From Protoeuglena noctilucae (Eukaryota): 64,000 nt of DNA. Positions within the stretch are counted from its first letter, which is position 1. Each line of letters begins with the position of its first letter. This document shows, in pieces, positions 12,878 through 25,997 of the stretch. The position numbers and the translations under genes were made by a program. The notes under the pieces were generated by a model that did not search any database, was not told the origin of the DNA, and saw only the letters and a program-made list of their open reading frames with translations. The stretch is from positions 434,001 through 498,000 of the forward strand of contig OY253669.1 in NCBI GenBank assembly GCA_958009085.1, read 5' to 3'.

Positions 12878-12980
12878 GCCAGGGCAGGGTTGTCGAGGGT
12901 TGTGTTTGGCCGCGTGCCACTCGCAAAATGGCAGTCTGAGCTGCCTTCCAGGTCAGTGGGGAGGCTTAAAGTCCCCGAGA

Positions 12981-15900
12981 ATGGCCGGGCACGTCGATCC
13001 CGGGGAGCTGGACGCGCTCTTCGGGGCGCTGAGCACGATTTTCGTGCTGTCGCCCAGCGCCATGGCCCTGGCCCTCAATACCATGCTCGGTGACAAAGTT
13101 CTGGACGGAAGCATGCTCTCCCCCGGCCCAATCCTGGAGTACTACCTCGGCTCCCTCCATCGGTGCGCGGTGGACATCACTCAGGGCAAGATATCGGGCG
13201 ATGACTTCAGGAGCCAGGCAAGGGTCGAGCCACCGCCCGCCCTCGGCCCTCCGTCGCGCCTTTCCGCCCTCGGCACCGCCCCCGCGCTATGCTGAAACCC
13301 TGCCCGCCGCCGCAGGCCTACGCGATGCAAAGCATGAGAGAGTCTCTGGAGAGCATCTTCAAAGCCACGCAGGAGGTCCCCAGAACGCCCCAGATGCGCC
13401 ACCTGCTGGACTCCGTCGCCTCCCCGCATGTCCCCTCGCTCCAGGTGCGCTGGGGCCCCACAGCCGCACCGCCTCATCTATGCAATGGGTTAGAGTTTCA
13501 GAAAGAGATGCGATGGAGCCAGGCTGGGCTGAGCTGGCCCCGTCTACTGGCCCTAGCCCCCGTGACGCAGGCGCCCCTCGTGCACGCCGTGGCCGTGGCC
13601 GAGGCCGCATTCCAGGCGCAGGTGGATGCGCCTGATGCGTTCAGACGCCTCTCAGACTGGTTCAAGCCTCACCTCGTGGTGCCGGACAACGTCAGGTGGG
13701 TTAGGGCTGGCAACCCACGCCAACCCAAAGGGTACCGCGCGGCGTGTCCGCTCGCCGCCGTGCCTGCGATGCGCGGCCGCGCCCTGCACAGATTATGTAC
13801 AGAATGTCCTGTTTCGGTTCCGCGCGCGTGAATATGACGGCCGCACGCGCCCGCGACGTCAAGAGCTGCATGCTGACAACGGACCGCTCTCACCTGCAGG
13901 TCCCACGTCCAGCAGCTGCGCCAGAGCCTCGTCGAGAACAAAGCCGTTCCGGCTTTCATCCTCGCCAGCTACAACGCAGGCGCGCTCGCCAGAGAGGTGC
14001 CACCCTTCGCCGCGCCTTCCACCATGGCGGTCAGCTGCGGTGCCCCCGTGATGTCCGGCCCGTTCCGCGCGCAGGCCCTGGATTACGTGGACCGCGCACG
14101 CCGTGCCGTCAAGGCGGGGATGCGTGGGCCCAGCGCCCCTGCCAGCGCTGCGGTCGTGGCCCTCCCTGCGCCGTCATACGCTCTGGCACCGCCCCGCCCA
14201 GCGCCCTCGTACCCTCTCGTGCCGGCTTACCCCGTCTCCGCGCCTCATCATGCCCTGGACACGTCCACGCGCGCGGTCCCCATCGTGCAGGCGTTTGCAA
14301 CCCCAACCAGGCCCGGGTGAGCCCGCGCCCGCACCCTTGCCATCCGACCACGCCGGCCCCGTGAGGCGCTCACCTCCCTGCTGTCGCGCTTGACGCCCGC
14401 AGTGCGGCAGCCGGCGCCGCCCGCGCGGCCACACCGCCGCATGCGGGGATGCCATCCCACATCGAGGTGACACGGGGTGCAAGCGGCGACCCCCAGGTGC
14501 ACGTGAGGCGGCAGGCAGCCCCACTCGCGCCGCCCCTCCGCTCCCCGCAGCACCGTCAGCCCCAGACCTTGTTGCAAGAGATGGAGGCGCTGAAGAAGCG
14601 CCGGGTGGAGAAGGCCCGGGCCCCCAAGGACCATGCTGAGTTATGGGAGCTGGAGCAGGCTTTCATGAAGCCCTCGGTGCGCTCCCAGGTACCCTCTCAG
14701 GTGCCTTCCCAGCCGGACGTGTGCTTGCAGCATCCCTTCCGCCAGAGACCATCCCGGCCCTCAGCGCCGCGGTCAGCGACGGCCCGCTAATGACTGGGAG
14801 TGATGGGTGCGAATGGCCCGCTCTCGGCACTTCCCCGCAGGCCGCCACCCCCGCGCGTGGGCGACTCGTCGCGCCGTCTGCGGGGCCGTCCCCGAGCCCA
14901 GCGCACAGGGACAAGCGCTTGCGTGTGGGATACGGGGCTGAGCAGGACACCGACAATGAGGGTGAGGCGTGGGGCCGTGGAGGCGGCGCAGGTTGATGGC
15001 TTGGGTGGCACCCGAGCACACCGGCATTGCATTGCTTGTGACGCGGCGCGTCGGTTGGCACGGGAGCCTTACCACCTCGCCGAACACCCGCAGGTACACA
15101 GCAGCTCATGCAGCCGGTCCAGGATCTGGCGAGGATGAGCAAGGCGCTGGCCAGGGGGGGCGCGGGGCCGAGCACGGGTGCGGAGACGGTTGAGGAGGGC
15201 GAGCCGGGCAAGAAGGCTGCGGCGGAGGTGGCGGGTGACGAGAGGAGGGGTGCTGGCGAAGCGAGGGAGGAGGAGGAAGAGGAAGCGGTAGAGCATATCC
15301 AGCTGCCGCACCACAAGAGGCACAAGATCCAGCCACTCAAGGGCAGCGGTCGGGTCGGGGTGAGGGCGCGCCTGGGGAGCGGTGGGGTTTGCAATTCGGC
15401 ACAGGGGCCCCCTCCAGGCAACTGTCGTGGAGGAGATCAGTCTAGTGACCTCGATCGCACATTCTCGCGCGCAGAGGGCCGTCCCAGACCGGGAGCCCGC
15501 TGCAGCCCAAGAGGGCCACTTGATGACGGCGGCAGAGGACCAGGGCGGGGCCGAGGGTGCCGCTGCCGATGGGGCGCCGGGCCCCGCGAGTCAGGGCGCA
15601 GGCGCGGGCGCGGGCGCGGGCGGGGCTGACGGGTTCTCAGGGCTATCCGCGATCAATCGCAGGCGGAAGCGTCTGGCGTGGGTGCAGGCAGAGACGAACG
15701 AGCTGAAGAAGCTGCACGAGAAGCACGGCAACCAAGTGAGTCGGATCGCAGTCGCAGTTGTGGGCGGGATGGGACGGGCGGGTCCCATGGCACATCGCAT
15801 GGCGCTGCAGGTGCTGCCGGGCGGGCCCGTGCGTCCCGCACATGCGAGCGTGGAACACATCCTTGTGTGCGCAGTGGCATGAGATCCTGGAGAAGGGCAA

Positions 15901-16015
15901 GGAGGTCTTCCATCCCAGCCGGACCTCAGTCGACCTGAAGGACAAGTGGCGCAACCTGATCCTCGCTGCGAGGAAGCGTGGCGAGGACTTAAGGGCGTCC
16001 TCAGATGCGGAGTAG
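12981..16015 (+). CDS. TRF-like telobox Myb protein (helical N-terminus, disordered middle, C-terminal Myb)
   Basis: The C-terminal RKRLAWVQAETNELKKLHEKHGNQ|WHEILEKGKEVFHPSRTSVDLKDKWRNL contains the LKDKWRN telobox. Multi-exon with a GC donor at 13218. Joining of middle exons is approximate. Confidence 0.75.
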
Positions 16016-16216
16016 GCGACGGCTCCGTCTCAGCTGCTGGAGCTGCGACTGCAAGCGTGCAAGGCGCCCGGTTGCACTGGTGGGGCATGATGAGACCAGC
16101 AGGGTTAGGGCAGCACGCTCTGGCGTGTCATTGCACCCGTAGTGCGTTCGCGTGAACCATATTCGAAATGAGAGCCAAGTCACGCACTCGTTTGCTATCC
16201 AAACCTACGTGCTCTC

Positions 16217-17148
16217 TCAACCCTGCGCTGCCCCTCCCTGTGCTGCCCCTCCTGCGGCCCCGGCCCCGCCTCCAAAAATCTGCACAACGTTGAGCGCCAC
16301 CATGACGCCGATGGCCACGTAGAGCCAATTCCTGGAGAACCAGCCCCGCTCGTCCTTGGCTGTCTTGGCCTCCGGCGCACCCTTGCCCTGCACAGCACGA
16401 TACACGACTACTTGGGTTGCTGCGACCGCCTCTGCAAACGCCGCAAGCATGCGCAGCAATCACAGTGTCTAAGAAAGCGGAAGGCAACGCCATCGCACCT
16501 TGTCGCTCGGCGCAGTAGCCGGAGTGGCGGCCGCGGGCACGGCGGTCGGCATCGGGGCGTCCTGTAGCTCAGCGACGGCGTCTCGAGAGGGCACGAAGGC
16601 GACGATCTCGGGCGCAGGTCTTGGCCTGACGGTGGTGGGGTGCCAGCTAGCATACTCGCTCGGCAGCTTGGCCAAGTCCGTAGGCACGTTGCACCCCTCG
16701 CCCGTGAGCACACTCAGCCCCGCAGGTCGCCCGTCGCTACCGCTGTACACCTCCACCTTGATGTCCCGGCCCAGCTGGATCATGCCACGAATGCACGACG
16801 CCTGCGCGAGGTGCGGAGAGACCGCTTTGGCTCGACGAGCCGCACGTCATCGACGAAAGAGCCAAGGTTTGCGCTGCAACGCACCTTCGTCACCCCGTAC
16901 AGGTCCCCCATGCGGACCCGGACGATCTCCTCGGGTTCCGTTAGCTTGCTAGCCACTTCATGCGGGGTGAATTGCAGAGTCCTGTGCCCGTCAACGCTGT
17001 CCCCGTAGTCCCCCTCCATCGCGAGCCAGAAGGGCCCGTTGCCCACCGCCACCTCAATCTGCACATCCTTCCGCTTCCCCGCTGCGCTACAAAGCAGCGC
17101 CAGAGGCCCTGCCAGCAGCACGGCGGCCCAGAGCGTGTGCACGCCCAT
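16217..17148 (-). CDS. EMC10: ER membrane protein complex subunit 10-like
   Basis: Signal peptide, VTK|ASCIR motif, and C-terminal ERGWFSRNWLYVAIGVMVALNVV TM followed by a Gly/Ala tail; 3 exons. Confidence 0.7.
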
Positions 17149-17646
17149 TTCCTCCCTTCCCGATGACCAATCGTGCAAGGATACTCTCTGATGATCGCCG
17201 TGCGGCCTGCAGCGAACCTCTCCGCCACGATGAAGGAGCGACTGCTGCTAACTGTGGGCCCAGCAATCTGGCGTTTTGGAGTGCCAGAGGGGAAGCCCGG
17301 GGCCGCCCTGACCTCCCAAGGTCGGGCCTCGCGCGCGGATGCTCGCAATCGCGTCGGTGGAGGACACCGCCGCGGTCACTTTGCCGAGCTACCAAGCCGG
17401 GGCGAGGTGGGCTGTTCGAATAGGTTTTGAAAGTTCTCGACCGCCGGCTGGTCGAATCGACTAAGGGAGCACCGCAGAGAGCTGACGCTCGCCAAGCAGT
17501 CCTGCTGGCCTCGCACCAGCCAGGCCACTTGCGCGCTGCAGCTCCTGCGGCTCTCCTCGGCGTGCACGACTCGGTGACCCTTAGCGTCGTCGAGCGCGAA
17601 GGTTCCGGGCCCTCAAGGCGGCGGATGCTTTGCTAGAGAGGACGCG

Positions 17647-19157
17647 ATGCCGGGAAACGCATCACGGAGGGGTGGCCCAGCCCACGGGTCCCGCTCGGGG
17701 CTCACCGACTTGACAAAGTGCGTGGCTCGAGCGCGGGCGCGCCGCTCGCATTGGCCCATCCTGCGCTGCCATGAGAAAGTGCACGAGAATGCCGTGCCGT
17801 GCGTCGCGTGCCTGAACCAAGGCGTGTGGTCGTTTCTCGCAGCCGAGAGGGCGCAGCCCATGGCCCCAAGGACGCTCACCAGGCCCTCCGTGACCGCATC
17901 CGCGGTCAGATCAACGCCTTTATAGACGGTCGTCTCCCGCTCAAACCATCGATCGATGTGCGGCCCTCGCACGAGGTCGTGGAAGAGGTGACGAGCTGCA
18001 GGCGACGTCACGCACGCACCCTGGCGACACTCGCCCCTCGTCTAACCTGGCAGTTCCCGACCAACCCGCAGGCGGCCCGCGTCGTCCGGCGCGCTCTGGG
18101 CACGGCGCGGCCCGTGCCGCCCTTGCGCCCGGCGCCACCCCGTCCCCTGCGCACTAACCTGGAGGACCGGATGAGCCGCGCCGACACCGTGCCTTGCACC
18201 GGCGCTGGGCAACCCCTCGACGGCCCCGCTACAGAGGACCCCTTGGCGACCGACAGCTCCTCGCTGGGCCTGTCCGAGCTGCTGACGGTGCAGCAGGAGG
18301 TGGAGGCCCTATTCACAGCTGTCGAGGCGGCATCTCAGGAGGCCATGCTGCCGGAGGTGGCAGCGCCGGTGGGGGAGGAGCTGTTCCTGGCCAAGTGTGC
18401 GGCGCGGCTGGCCCAGCGGAGGCTCGAGGAAGCGCTGGCTGCCGCCCAGGAGCTGGCGGGACTGGCGGAGGGGCGGAGGGAGGCGCTGGTGCGGGCCGAG
18501 GAGGACGTCCGGTGAGACCCTCAGCTACCCGGGTGCTGGCAGCGAGTGTGCGGCAAGTGGCATGCCTCAATCGCCGCTGCTGTCGGTGCTGCCCCACAGG
18601 TCCGCGTCGCAGTGGCAGCGGGCGGCGGAGGCGGCTCGGGAGGAGGTGGCGTCGCTGACATCGGCGCTGAAGGACGCCCGGTGCGAGGCGGCGGTGGCGC
18701 GCGCGCAGGCGGAGCAGCGCACGGGGGAGGTGGGGGCCGCCCGTGCCGAGACGGAGCGGCTGAGGCGGGCGCTCCTCGACACCGAGCTCGACCTGCAGCG
18801 TGCCGCAGGGGAGCGGAAGGCCACCGAGCAAGCGGCGCAGGTGCGGAAAGCGACTTGGCACCCTGCGATAATCTGCGTCTTGCCACTCTCTCCTTGTATC
18901 TTGGAGGCTGAGGGCTGAGGAGGCTGACGCTGTGGCTATGGCTTTTGTCACCCATCCGGGCGCCAATGTGCACACAGGAGATTGAGGACGCACGCCGTCG
19001 GCAGCTGCACGCGGAGCACCGGGTGGTGGCGGCCGAGGAGGCGGCGCGGCGGCACCAGGAGCGCTTCCGATTGGTGGAGGGGCAGTTGAGCGAGGCGGCA
19101 GCGCAGGCGGCATCGGCGGGGCGCAGGGCCGCGCTGGCGGAGGAGGAGCTGCGGGGC
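17647..19157 (+). CDS. Hypothetical coiled-coil protein, truncated by the assembly gap
   Basis: Spliced exons rich in E/A/R/L heptads (e.g. EAAREEVASLTSALKDARCEAAVARAQAEQR); runs into the N gap. Confidence 0.6.
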
Positions 19158-19357
19158 NNNNNNNNNNNNNNNNNNNNNNNNNNNNNNNNNNNNNNNNNNN
19201 NNNNNNNNNNNNNNNNNNNNNNNNNNNNNNNNNNNNNNNNNNNNNNNNNNNNNNNNNNNNNNNNNNNNNNNNNNNNNNNNNNNNNNNNNNNNNNNNNNNN
19301 NNNNNNNNNNNNNNNNNNNNNNNNNNNNNNNNNNNNNNNNNNNNNNNNNNNNNNNNN
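19158..19357. other. Assembly gap (200 N)
   Basis: Run of n characters. Confidence 1.
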
Positions 19358-19899
19358 GCGCGCCCGCCCGCGCGGGCTCCTCGCGGCGCCAGGAGCCCTC
19401 CATCACGGGCCCCATGGCCGCCCCGGTCCCAGAGGGCCAGCGAGCGAGGACCCCGCAGCGCCGGCGGCGTCTTCCGCGAGCCTCACAAGCCTCACAAGCA
19501 ATTCAAGTCGGCCTCTGTCGCGTGCCTGCGCGCGGGGCGGCGGGGGGACTCAGCAGGGGCGGGGTCGCGAAGCGAACTCCAAAGAAGGGCGCCGAGCCCC
19601 AGGCAGCGGGCGTGGTGGAGGCCGCCTGCAGCTCCGTCCACGACGCGACCCTCTCAGAAAGCCGGGGGCACCAGGGGACAGGTGGGGGGCAGATCGATAC
19701 CGGGGTGACGCGCGGCGCCGCTCAGGCGGGCAGCGAAGGGAGCGTTCCCTCGCGCAGCATTATTCGTGAGTGATGCGAGGCCCAGGCGCCGACGCGCGGG
19801 GCTGGCTCTGGCGCACCTGGTCGATCTTTGCGCGCTCGGAGCCAGCACCGGCGATGCCGACACACGGTCAGCGCCGAGATCATGCAACGCGGAAAACAT
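19358..19899 (-). CDS. Possible 5' part of a hypothetical gene running into the gap
   Basis: ATG at 19899 followed by donor-like (AG|GTGCGC) and acceptor-like (CGCGCAG|) sites; reading frame not resolved. Confidence 0.25.
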
Positions 19900-20485
19900 C
19901 GCGAGTTGCGGGCGCCTCGGGCGGCAGGGGCGAGGAGTTTACCGGCGCGCCAGCAACGAGGGTCAACCGGCGCGGCAATTTCGACGTCGCCCGGGCAACG
20001 ACGTGACCCAGAAGAGCGAATTCGCGACACCGCGGTGGTCGTCACTGCAGTGATTGCTTCGTCCGTGCCATCGGTTGCGGCCAAAAGCGTCTCGTTCTCA
20101 CAGGTGATTGCTAGCCGCGTTGCCTGGTGGACCTCGGTGGTTCACGTGACCTCCCGAGAGCGGCGAGAGGCGCCCTCGTGCGCGCGGCTGCTTCGGTGCT
20201 GCTCTTCTCGTGCTGCACTGCGAGCAGCGGGACTATTTGGGCTCCCCAGTGTCACGGGGGCACTAGAATGTCCTCGTGCGGTTGACTCCGTTCCTTTGTG
20301 GCGTGGCCGAGCGCCCCGATGGCGGGCAAAGCACGCCTGGGGCACGCTGGTGACCCCCATGTCGAAGGACGCTCAGCCAGTCGCAGGATGACGTCCCCGC
20401 TGCTGCATCGTGTCCACAGATCACCGCGGCGCCTCTGGCGTTCTTCAGGTCGCGCGCCGTGCGCTTGGGTGGGGGGCGAGAAACG

Positions 20486-21093
20486 ATGCCGGTTGGAGGA
20501 AACATTTCGGGGCAGGATTGGGAGCCGGTGGTGTTCAAGAAGAAGACGGGTGGCGGCGGTGGTGGGGGTGGCGGGGGTGGCGTCAACACGCAGGCGGCGA
20601 GGGCAGCAGGGGCGGGGGTGAGTGGTGTCCGGAACATGCCCTGGCCCGGGCGCTCTCGCGCGGCCGCGGAGCAGATGCCCATGGTGCCCGCGACGGGTCG
20701 CTTTCTCGCAGGTCGCCTCCGGGTTAAAGTTCGGGGCGGGGGCCAACAAGCAGCACCAGACGCATCTCAACACCAAGGTGCTGGATGAGGACCACGAGAA
20801 CCTCAAGCACAAGAGCGTCAGCGACAACATGAAGAAGCAGATCATCGAGGCCCGCCTGGCCAAGAAGTGGACGCAGGTCGGTGCCACCCCCGCCGCACCC
20901 GGCTCGATCCGTTCGTGCCTGTTGGGGCCTTCTGACACCCCGTTGCCACTCCTCCGCGACGCAGGCCCAGTTGGCCCAGGCCATCAACGAGCGGCCTCAG
21001 GTCGTGCAGGAGTACGAGCAGGGGAAGGCCATTCCCAACCCCCAAGTCATCAACAAGCTCAGCAGGGCACTGGGCGTGCAGCTGCGCCGCTGA
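20486..21093 (+). CDS. MBF1: Multiprotein bridging factor 1
   Basis: QDWEPVV, KFGAGANK, TKVLDED, IIEARLAKKWTQ|AQLAQAINERPQVVQEYEQGKAIPNPQVINKLSRALGVQLR; 3 exons. Confidence 0.95.
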
Positions 21094-21299
21094 AGGGGAC
21101 GTGGAGTTGCTGGGGTTCAACACTGCATGCTACCAATGGGGGACGCGGCTGCCAAGGGGGGAGCAGTCCATGTCTACACGGCCGTCGACGGGGCTTGCTC
21201 CTGGGGGCTCGCTGGGTTAAAGCTCGCTCTTGCCCTATAGGGGTGAGAAGGGCGGAGATGGACATCGTCACGGTCGCTTCTTCCTGCCATTGAAGCGAG

Positions 21300-22275
21300 C
21301 GTGGCACAAGCTTGAGCGGATGTTGCCGGCGTTGCAAGCACGGAAGGTGCCAGCAAGCAAGAGACAGCGGCGGCGGGGTCGTCACCGTCTGGCTCTTGAT
21401 GAAGGTCGTGAACGAGGCCACGTCACGCGCGCCGCTGTAGCGAGCCACCTCCGCGCCGTTGGCGAAGAACTGCGGAGGGCCGGGGAGCACCGCTGAAGTG
21501 GGCGCTCAGTGGTGCTCTGCCGCCATCTGCCCATTGAGATAGCACCCTCTTTGGCCCCCGGCACACCTTCAGCGTCGGGTAGCCCGTGATACCGTAGGAG
21601 CTGCACGTGTTGCGGTACTTGTCGCAGTCGATCTGGGCGATTGCCACGGTGGGGTCGTTCTGCGTGCGGCCGGTTTCGTTGCGGTCTTCTCCTACCCGGC
21701 CGCCGCGGATGACGCGACGATGGCAGGCGCCTACAGCCGATCACGCGCGCAGCAGCCCATGCGTGCACCTCCCCCGGCATCTCCATCCCTACTCGCCTGG
21801 TACTGCTGGCCCAGGGAGCCCCACGCGGGCGCCATGGCCTTGCAGTGCCCGCACCACGAGGCGTAGAACTGTCAGGCGGGATGGAGGAGGGAGGCTTGGA
21901 AGGTGGCGAGCAGGTCACAGGCAGTTACAACGACAGGGACGTGGAGTTCTGCCGGCGCCGCGTCAGCGGGGCAGATCGGGGGCCGACCCGCGGTCGCCCG
22001 AATCACAGGAAGGCGCCGCGATGCTGCTCGAGCGCGGGGAGCTGCCGGTCGATCGGCCAGGGCTGGGCATCTCTCAGAGAAAGCCCCACCTTCGTGAAGA
22101 CGTAAGGGTTCGACTTGAGGAAGTCGGAGATGGTCGAATCCGTCAAATCCTCGACGCCGGCATGGCTGAACATGCCGTTGGCGCCGGCGGGGACCGAGAC
22201 GTACAGCAGGGTCCCCAAAACGGCGAAGAAGGCGACGACCATACCCGCGATCATGGCGAGCTCCTTGTCGACCAT
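21300..22275 (-). CDS. Single-domain PDI-type thioredoxin (secretory pathway); 3' end unresolved
   Basis: Hydrophobic N-terminus, [40 protein letters not shown] donor at 21796. Confidence 0.85.
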
Positions 22276-22539
22276 CACGCGAAGCGCGTTCCAGCTTCTG
22301 CGCGGGGCGTCGGGGCCGGGGAGCGTGAGACCCGGGACGGAGTTTCTGGCACGGTGGGCAAGCGCCTCGTCCGGGCCGGCGACGCCTGCATGGACGGCAG
22401 AGTCGGACGCACCCATCAGCAACTCGATACCCGCACTGCTCGTCTCGCGCGCGTAGGATTTTTGCTCGGAAGCAAATCGCGGGTGCCCTCCCCTCGCCCG
22501 CCCCGCGTGGATTGCGCTTGCATCGAAATCGCGGTGCCG

Positions 22540-24782
22540 ATGAGCCGCGTGGACGTGGCTTCCCCCGCCTCGTGCTCGGCGCGGTGCGCGGGAGCGGTGG
22601 GGACGGTGGTTTCCAGGCGCCTGTGCTCCGTGCGCTCGCTCCTTCATAGCGGAGCGTCCCGGGACGTGGCCGCGGGCGGGGTCTCGCGCCGGCGCGCCTC
22701 GGCGCAGGTCCACGTCCTGAGCGTGGCCGAGTCGCCCCGCGCGCCCGCATCGCGGCCCGTGGAAGGCCTGGCCGCTGAAATCCGTTATGGCCAGCTGCCC
22801 TGGATGTCCCGGAGCGACGCCGTGCCGTCAGGTGAGGGACCGGATGTCGAGCCTGAATCTCGGCCCCCGGGAGCCGGCCAGGGGAGATTCCGGGGGGTAC
22901 GGCGCTCGGGAGTCCCCACGTTGATCGTAAACGCCCCCCGCGCGACGTCGCGACCCGCCTGACGGGCCGCGCGATCCAACCGCAGGGCAAGAGCTCCAGG
23001 CCGGGGGCGCCGACGCGCGGGCCTCGCTGGAGCGCACGTGGCGGATGCAGGAGGTGCAGACGCCCGGGGTGCGGCCGGGGAGCCGGAGATCGGAGAGGCT
23101 GCGCCCGCGGGAGGCCGCGAAGCCCCTCGTGGACAGGTAGGGATGCGTGCTTTCGTCCCGCCCCGCCGCGGCCGCGCCCGGAACCGCTCTCGCCATGCAG
23201 CGGATGGTTAGCCTTGAGCCGCGCAGCGGCACCGTCCCCGAACCTGCCGAGGCGCCCCGCACGGCGGGGGGGCCCATGTCTCGCACGCACGAGCGAGGCA
23301 ACGCGCCGCTCCTCGCCCCACGCCTCCGCAGGCCGCCCCGGCGCCAGGCCCGTTCGTCTCCTGCGAGCGCGCTGAGGTCCCTGGACCTTCAGGGCTACCT
23401 CCGAGAGACGGCCGTTCCCCTCCCGGAGGGCCTGGGCAACGCGGTGACGCCGGACATGGAGTACCTCATCGACCGGAGGCTTGTGCTGGAGGAGGGGCGG
23501 TTCGCGGCCAAGGCGCTGCGCGGGGGTTCGCGGTCGGAGGGGGCCCGGGCCCCGGCGAGCCCACGGGACTCGATGACCATGTTCATGGCGACGCTGGGGA
23601 CCAACCCTCTGCTGACGCGGGAGCACGAGGGGCGCTTGATGGCCATGGTCAGCCGATGGCACGAGCTCCAGCGGAAGGCGCGGGAGCTGCAGGCGGCGCT
23701 GGGGCGGGAGCCGACCCGGGCCGAGTGGGCGGCTGCGGCGGGGCTGGGGCCGCTCGAGCTGGCGCAGCAGGAATGGTGCGGGCAGGAGGCGCGGATGCTC
23801 ATGGCGCAGTACAACATGCGCCTGGTGCTCCACATCGCCAAGCGGTACGTGAACCGGGGCGTGGAGCTCCCGGACCTGGTGGCCGAGGGCATGGAGGGCC
23901 TCCTGCGCGCGGTGGACAAGTTCGACCACCGCCGGGGCGTCAAGTTCAGCACCTACTCCCACTGGTGGGTCCGCCAGGCCATCACGCGGGCCATCACGAA
24001 CCAGTCGCGCGTCGTGCGCCTGCCCGTCCATGTCTGGGACCTGGCCCACAAGATCCTACGCGTCGAGCAAGAGATCACGGTGAGGCGCTGCGCCCGGGCA
24101 GCGCGACCTGGTGGGCGCCGCACGCGCAAGCCGCGCCCTGACCCGCCGTGCTCTCCTGCTGCAGGCGGCCCGGGGCCTCGAGGGGCGCCCGTTGCCCGAG
24201 GAGGTGGCGGAGGCGATGGGCCTGCCCGTGGAGCGCGTGTCGCAAGTCCTCAAGCTGGCGCGCGTGCCCAAGTCGCTGGACGGCCCCGCCTACACGGAGA
24301 GCCGGATTAAGAAGACGGAGGACGACGTGAGCGCTCTCGTCGACACCATCGCCGTGTACCCGGAGGACCCGGCGGTGCAGGAGGCCAAGGATGAGATCAT
24401 CCGGCAGGACGTAAACGCCCTGGTGAGGCTCAGGGGGCTCTGCTCGTGTCCTGTCGGGGGGCGGTGGCAGCTGGCAGCGGCTCTGGTGGCAATTATGGCT
24501 TTTGCAGGGCCTGGTGGGAGGCGCATCTGACGTTGCGCCGCTCCCCTTCGTTTGCAGCTGTCGACGCTCCCGCCCCGGGAGCGCAACATCATCCGGATGC
24601 GCTATGGCCTCGCTCGGGAGGACGGCCGGGTCATGAACCTCAGCGACATTGGGGCCACGTACGGCCTGACGCGGGAGCGCATCCGGCAGATTGAGGAGAA
24701 GGCCCTCCGCAAGCTGAAGCGCCCCTCGAGCCGCCGCATCCTCCGCTCGCACCTCTACACGGTCGCAGACGCGTCCGACTAA
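22540..24782 (+). CDS. Nucleus-encoded plastid RNA polymerase sigma factor (sigma70 family)
   Basis: Long Ser/Arg/Ala-rich N-terminal extension; region 2 [12 protein letters not shown]...[18 protein letters not shown]...[14 protein letters not shown]; region 4 [15 protein letters not shown]...[18 protein letters not shown]; spliceosomal introns. Confidence 0.95.
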
Positions 24783-24925
24783 GAGCACTTGCCATGCCAC
24801 GTTTGGATGGCCTGCCAGTCAGCCATCGCCGCGCTGTGTTGCCCGCTTTTTTGTCTACGGCCGGTTTTCCTGGACGGCCGCACAATCAGTCAAACTCATT
24901 CCTACATTGAACGGTGACATTGCCT

Positions 24926-25997
24926 CTATCCCAGCGGCCCCAGCCCCAGCCGATTCTCACACTCGACCTTGACGACGCGTAACCCCTCCTCGTCAAGCTC
25001 CCTGCAAACCACAGGGCAGGCTCAGAGCAGGTCGTGGGTGCCTCAGACGCGCGCCTCGGGAAGCGATCAGATTGGCCAGACCCAGGGTGAGATCCACGGC
25101 ATCACCCAAGCACCCGTTGCGCACCTCAGGAGCGCCATGACGGCGTACAAAACGTTCATGCTGCCCGTCGTCGCGCCATCGACCCCCTCCTCTGCTGGTG
25201 TGCCATTCACGGTGCGGGATTTGCTCGGCGCAAGGCCGCTGACCCCTGCCGCCACAGGGCTGACTTGGCTCGCTGCAGGCGGGGCCAACGCGAGACATGA
25301 CACCCGCGCCACGCCCAGGCTCGCGCAACGCCAATGGCACAAACAGCACCCACCTGACCGCCGGGCCGGGCCATTGACCGCCACCGCCACATCCTGGCCG
25401 TCGAGCTTGACTAGGCTGGGGAGGCTCGCGAGGACCTGCTCCCGGTAGTTGGGGTGGCTCGCGCAGGGGTTGTCCGTGAGCCAGAGGACCTTGAGCTGCG
25501 GCAGGTGTTGCAGGTGGCGAATCTCGGCGAGGTCGGCTAGGGCGTTCTTGCGGAGATAGAGCTCCCGCAGCATCGTGCATCCGGTGAAGTCACGCAGCGA
25601 GGAGATGCTGTTGACCGACAGGGACAGCACCTCCACGTTTGGTAGCCTGCGCAGAGGGCGGACAATTCAATCTTATATCAACTCAACTGGCATTGCAAGC
25701 AGCAGCTGCCCCGAGGGCTGTGACCTTGCTCCAGGCTGGAGCACGTCTCTGGAAGGCTCCGGGCGCTTCACAGCGTCACTTGCCTCCGCAAAATCGAGAC
25801 ATCTTCAATGGAGTACCCGCATATGTTGAGCTTGAGCACCTCCTCCAGAGACTTGACCCCTGCGAGTGCCGGCAGCTGCTCCTCTCAGCCCCCCGTGGCA
25901 TGGAGGGAACCACGGCGGAAAACTGTCCGGGTCAGCATCATGGACGTGCCGGCTCACCGGTCTTGGCGAGGATGAGCTCCTCGGTGAGGCTGGCCAT
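24926..25997 (-). CDS. CFAP410: Cilia- and flagella-associated protein 410 (C21orf2-like LRR protein)
   Basis: MASLTEELILAKT...IEDVSILR|RLPNVEVLSLSVNSISSL...LRELYLRKN...LWLTDNPC and C-terminal NVLYAVMALLR|ELDEEGL; GC donor at 25783. Confidence 0.9.

Noticed and set aside
21872..24049. 725-aa minus-strand ORF, and similar long ORFs at 33771-35231, 34990-36564, 51535-52821 and 55300-57057
   Set aside because: Antisense or off-frame shadows of real genes in high-GC DNA; Arg/Pro/Gly-rich with no motifs
16013..24928. Non-standard nuclear code (TAA/TAG = Gln, as in some ulvophytes), suggested by the prevalence of TGA stops
   Set aside because: TAG (16013, 24926) and TAA (24780) fall at expected protein ends, and no in-frame TAA or TAG was seen in conserved exons
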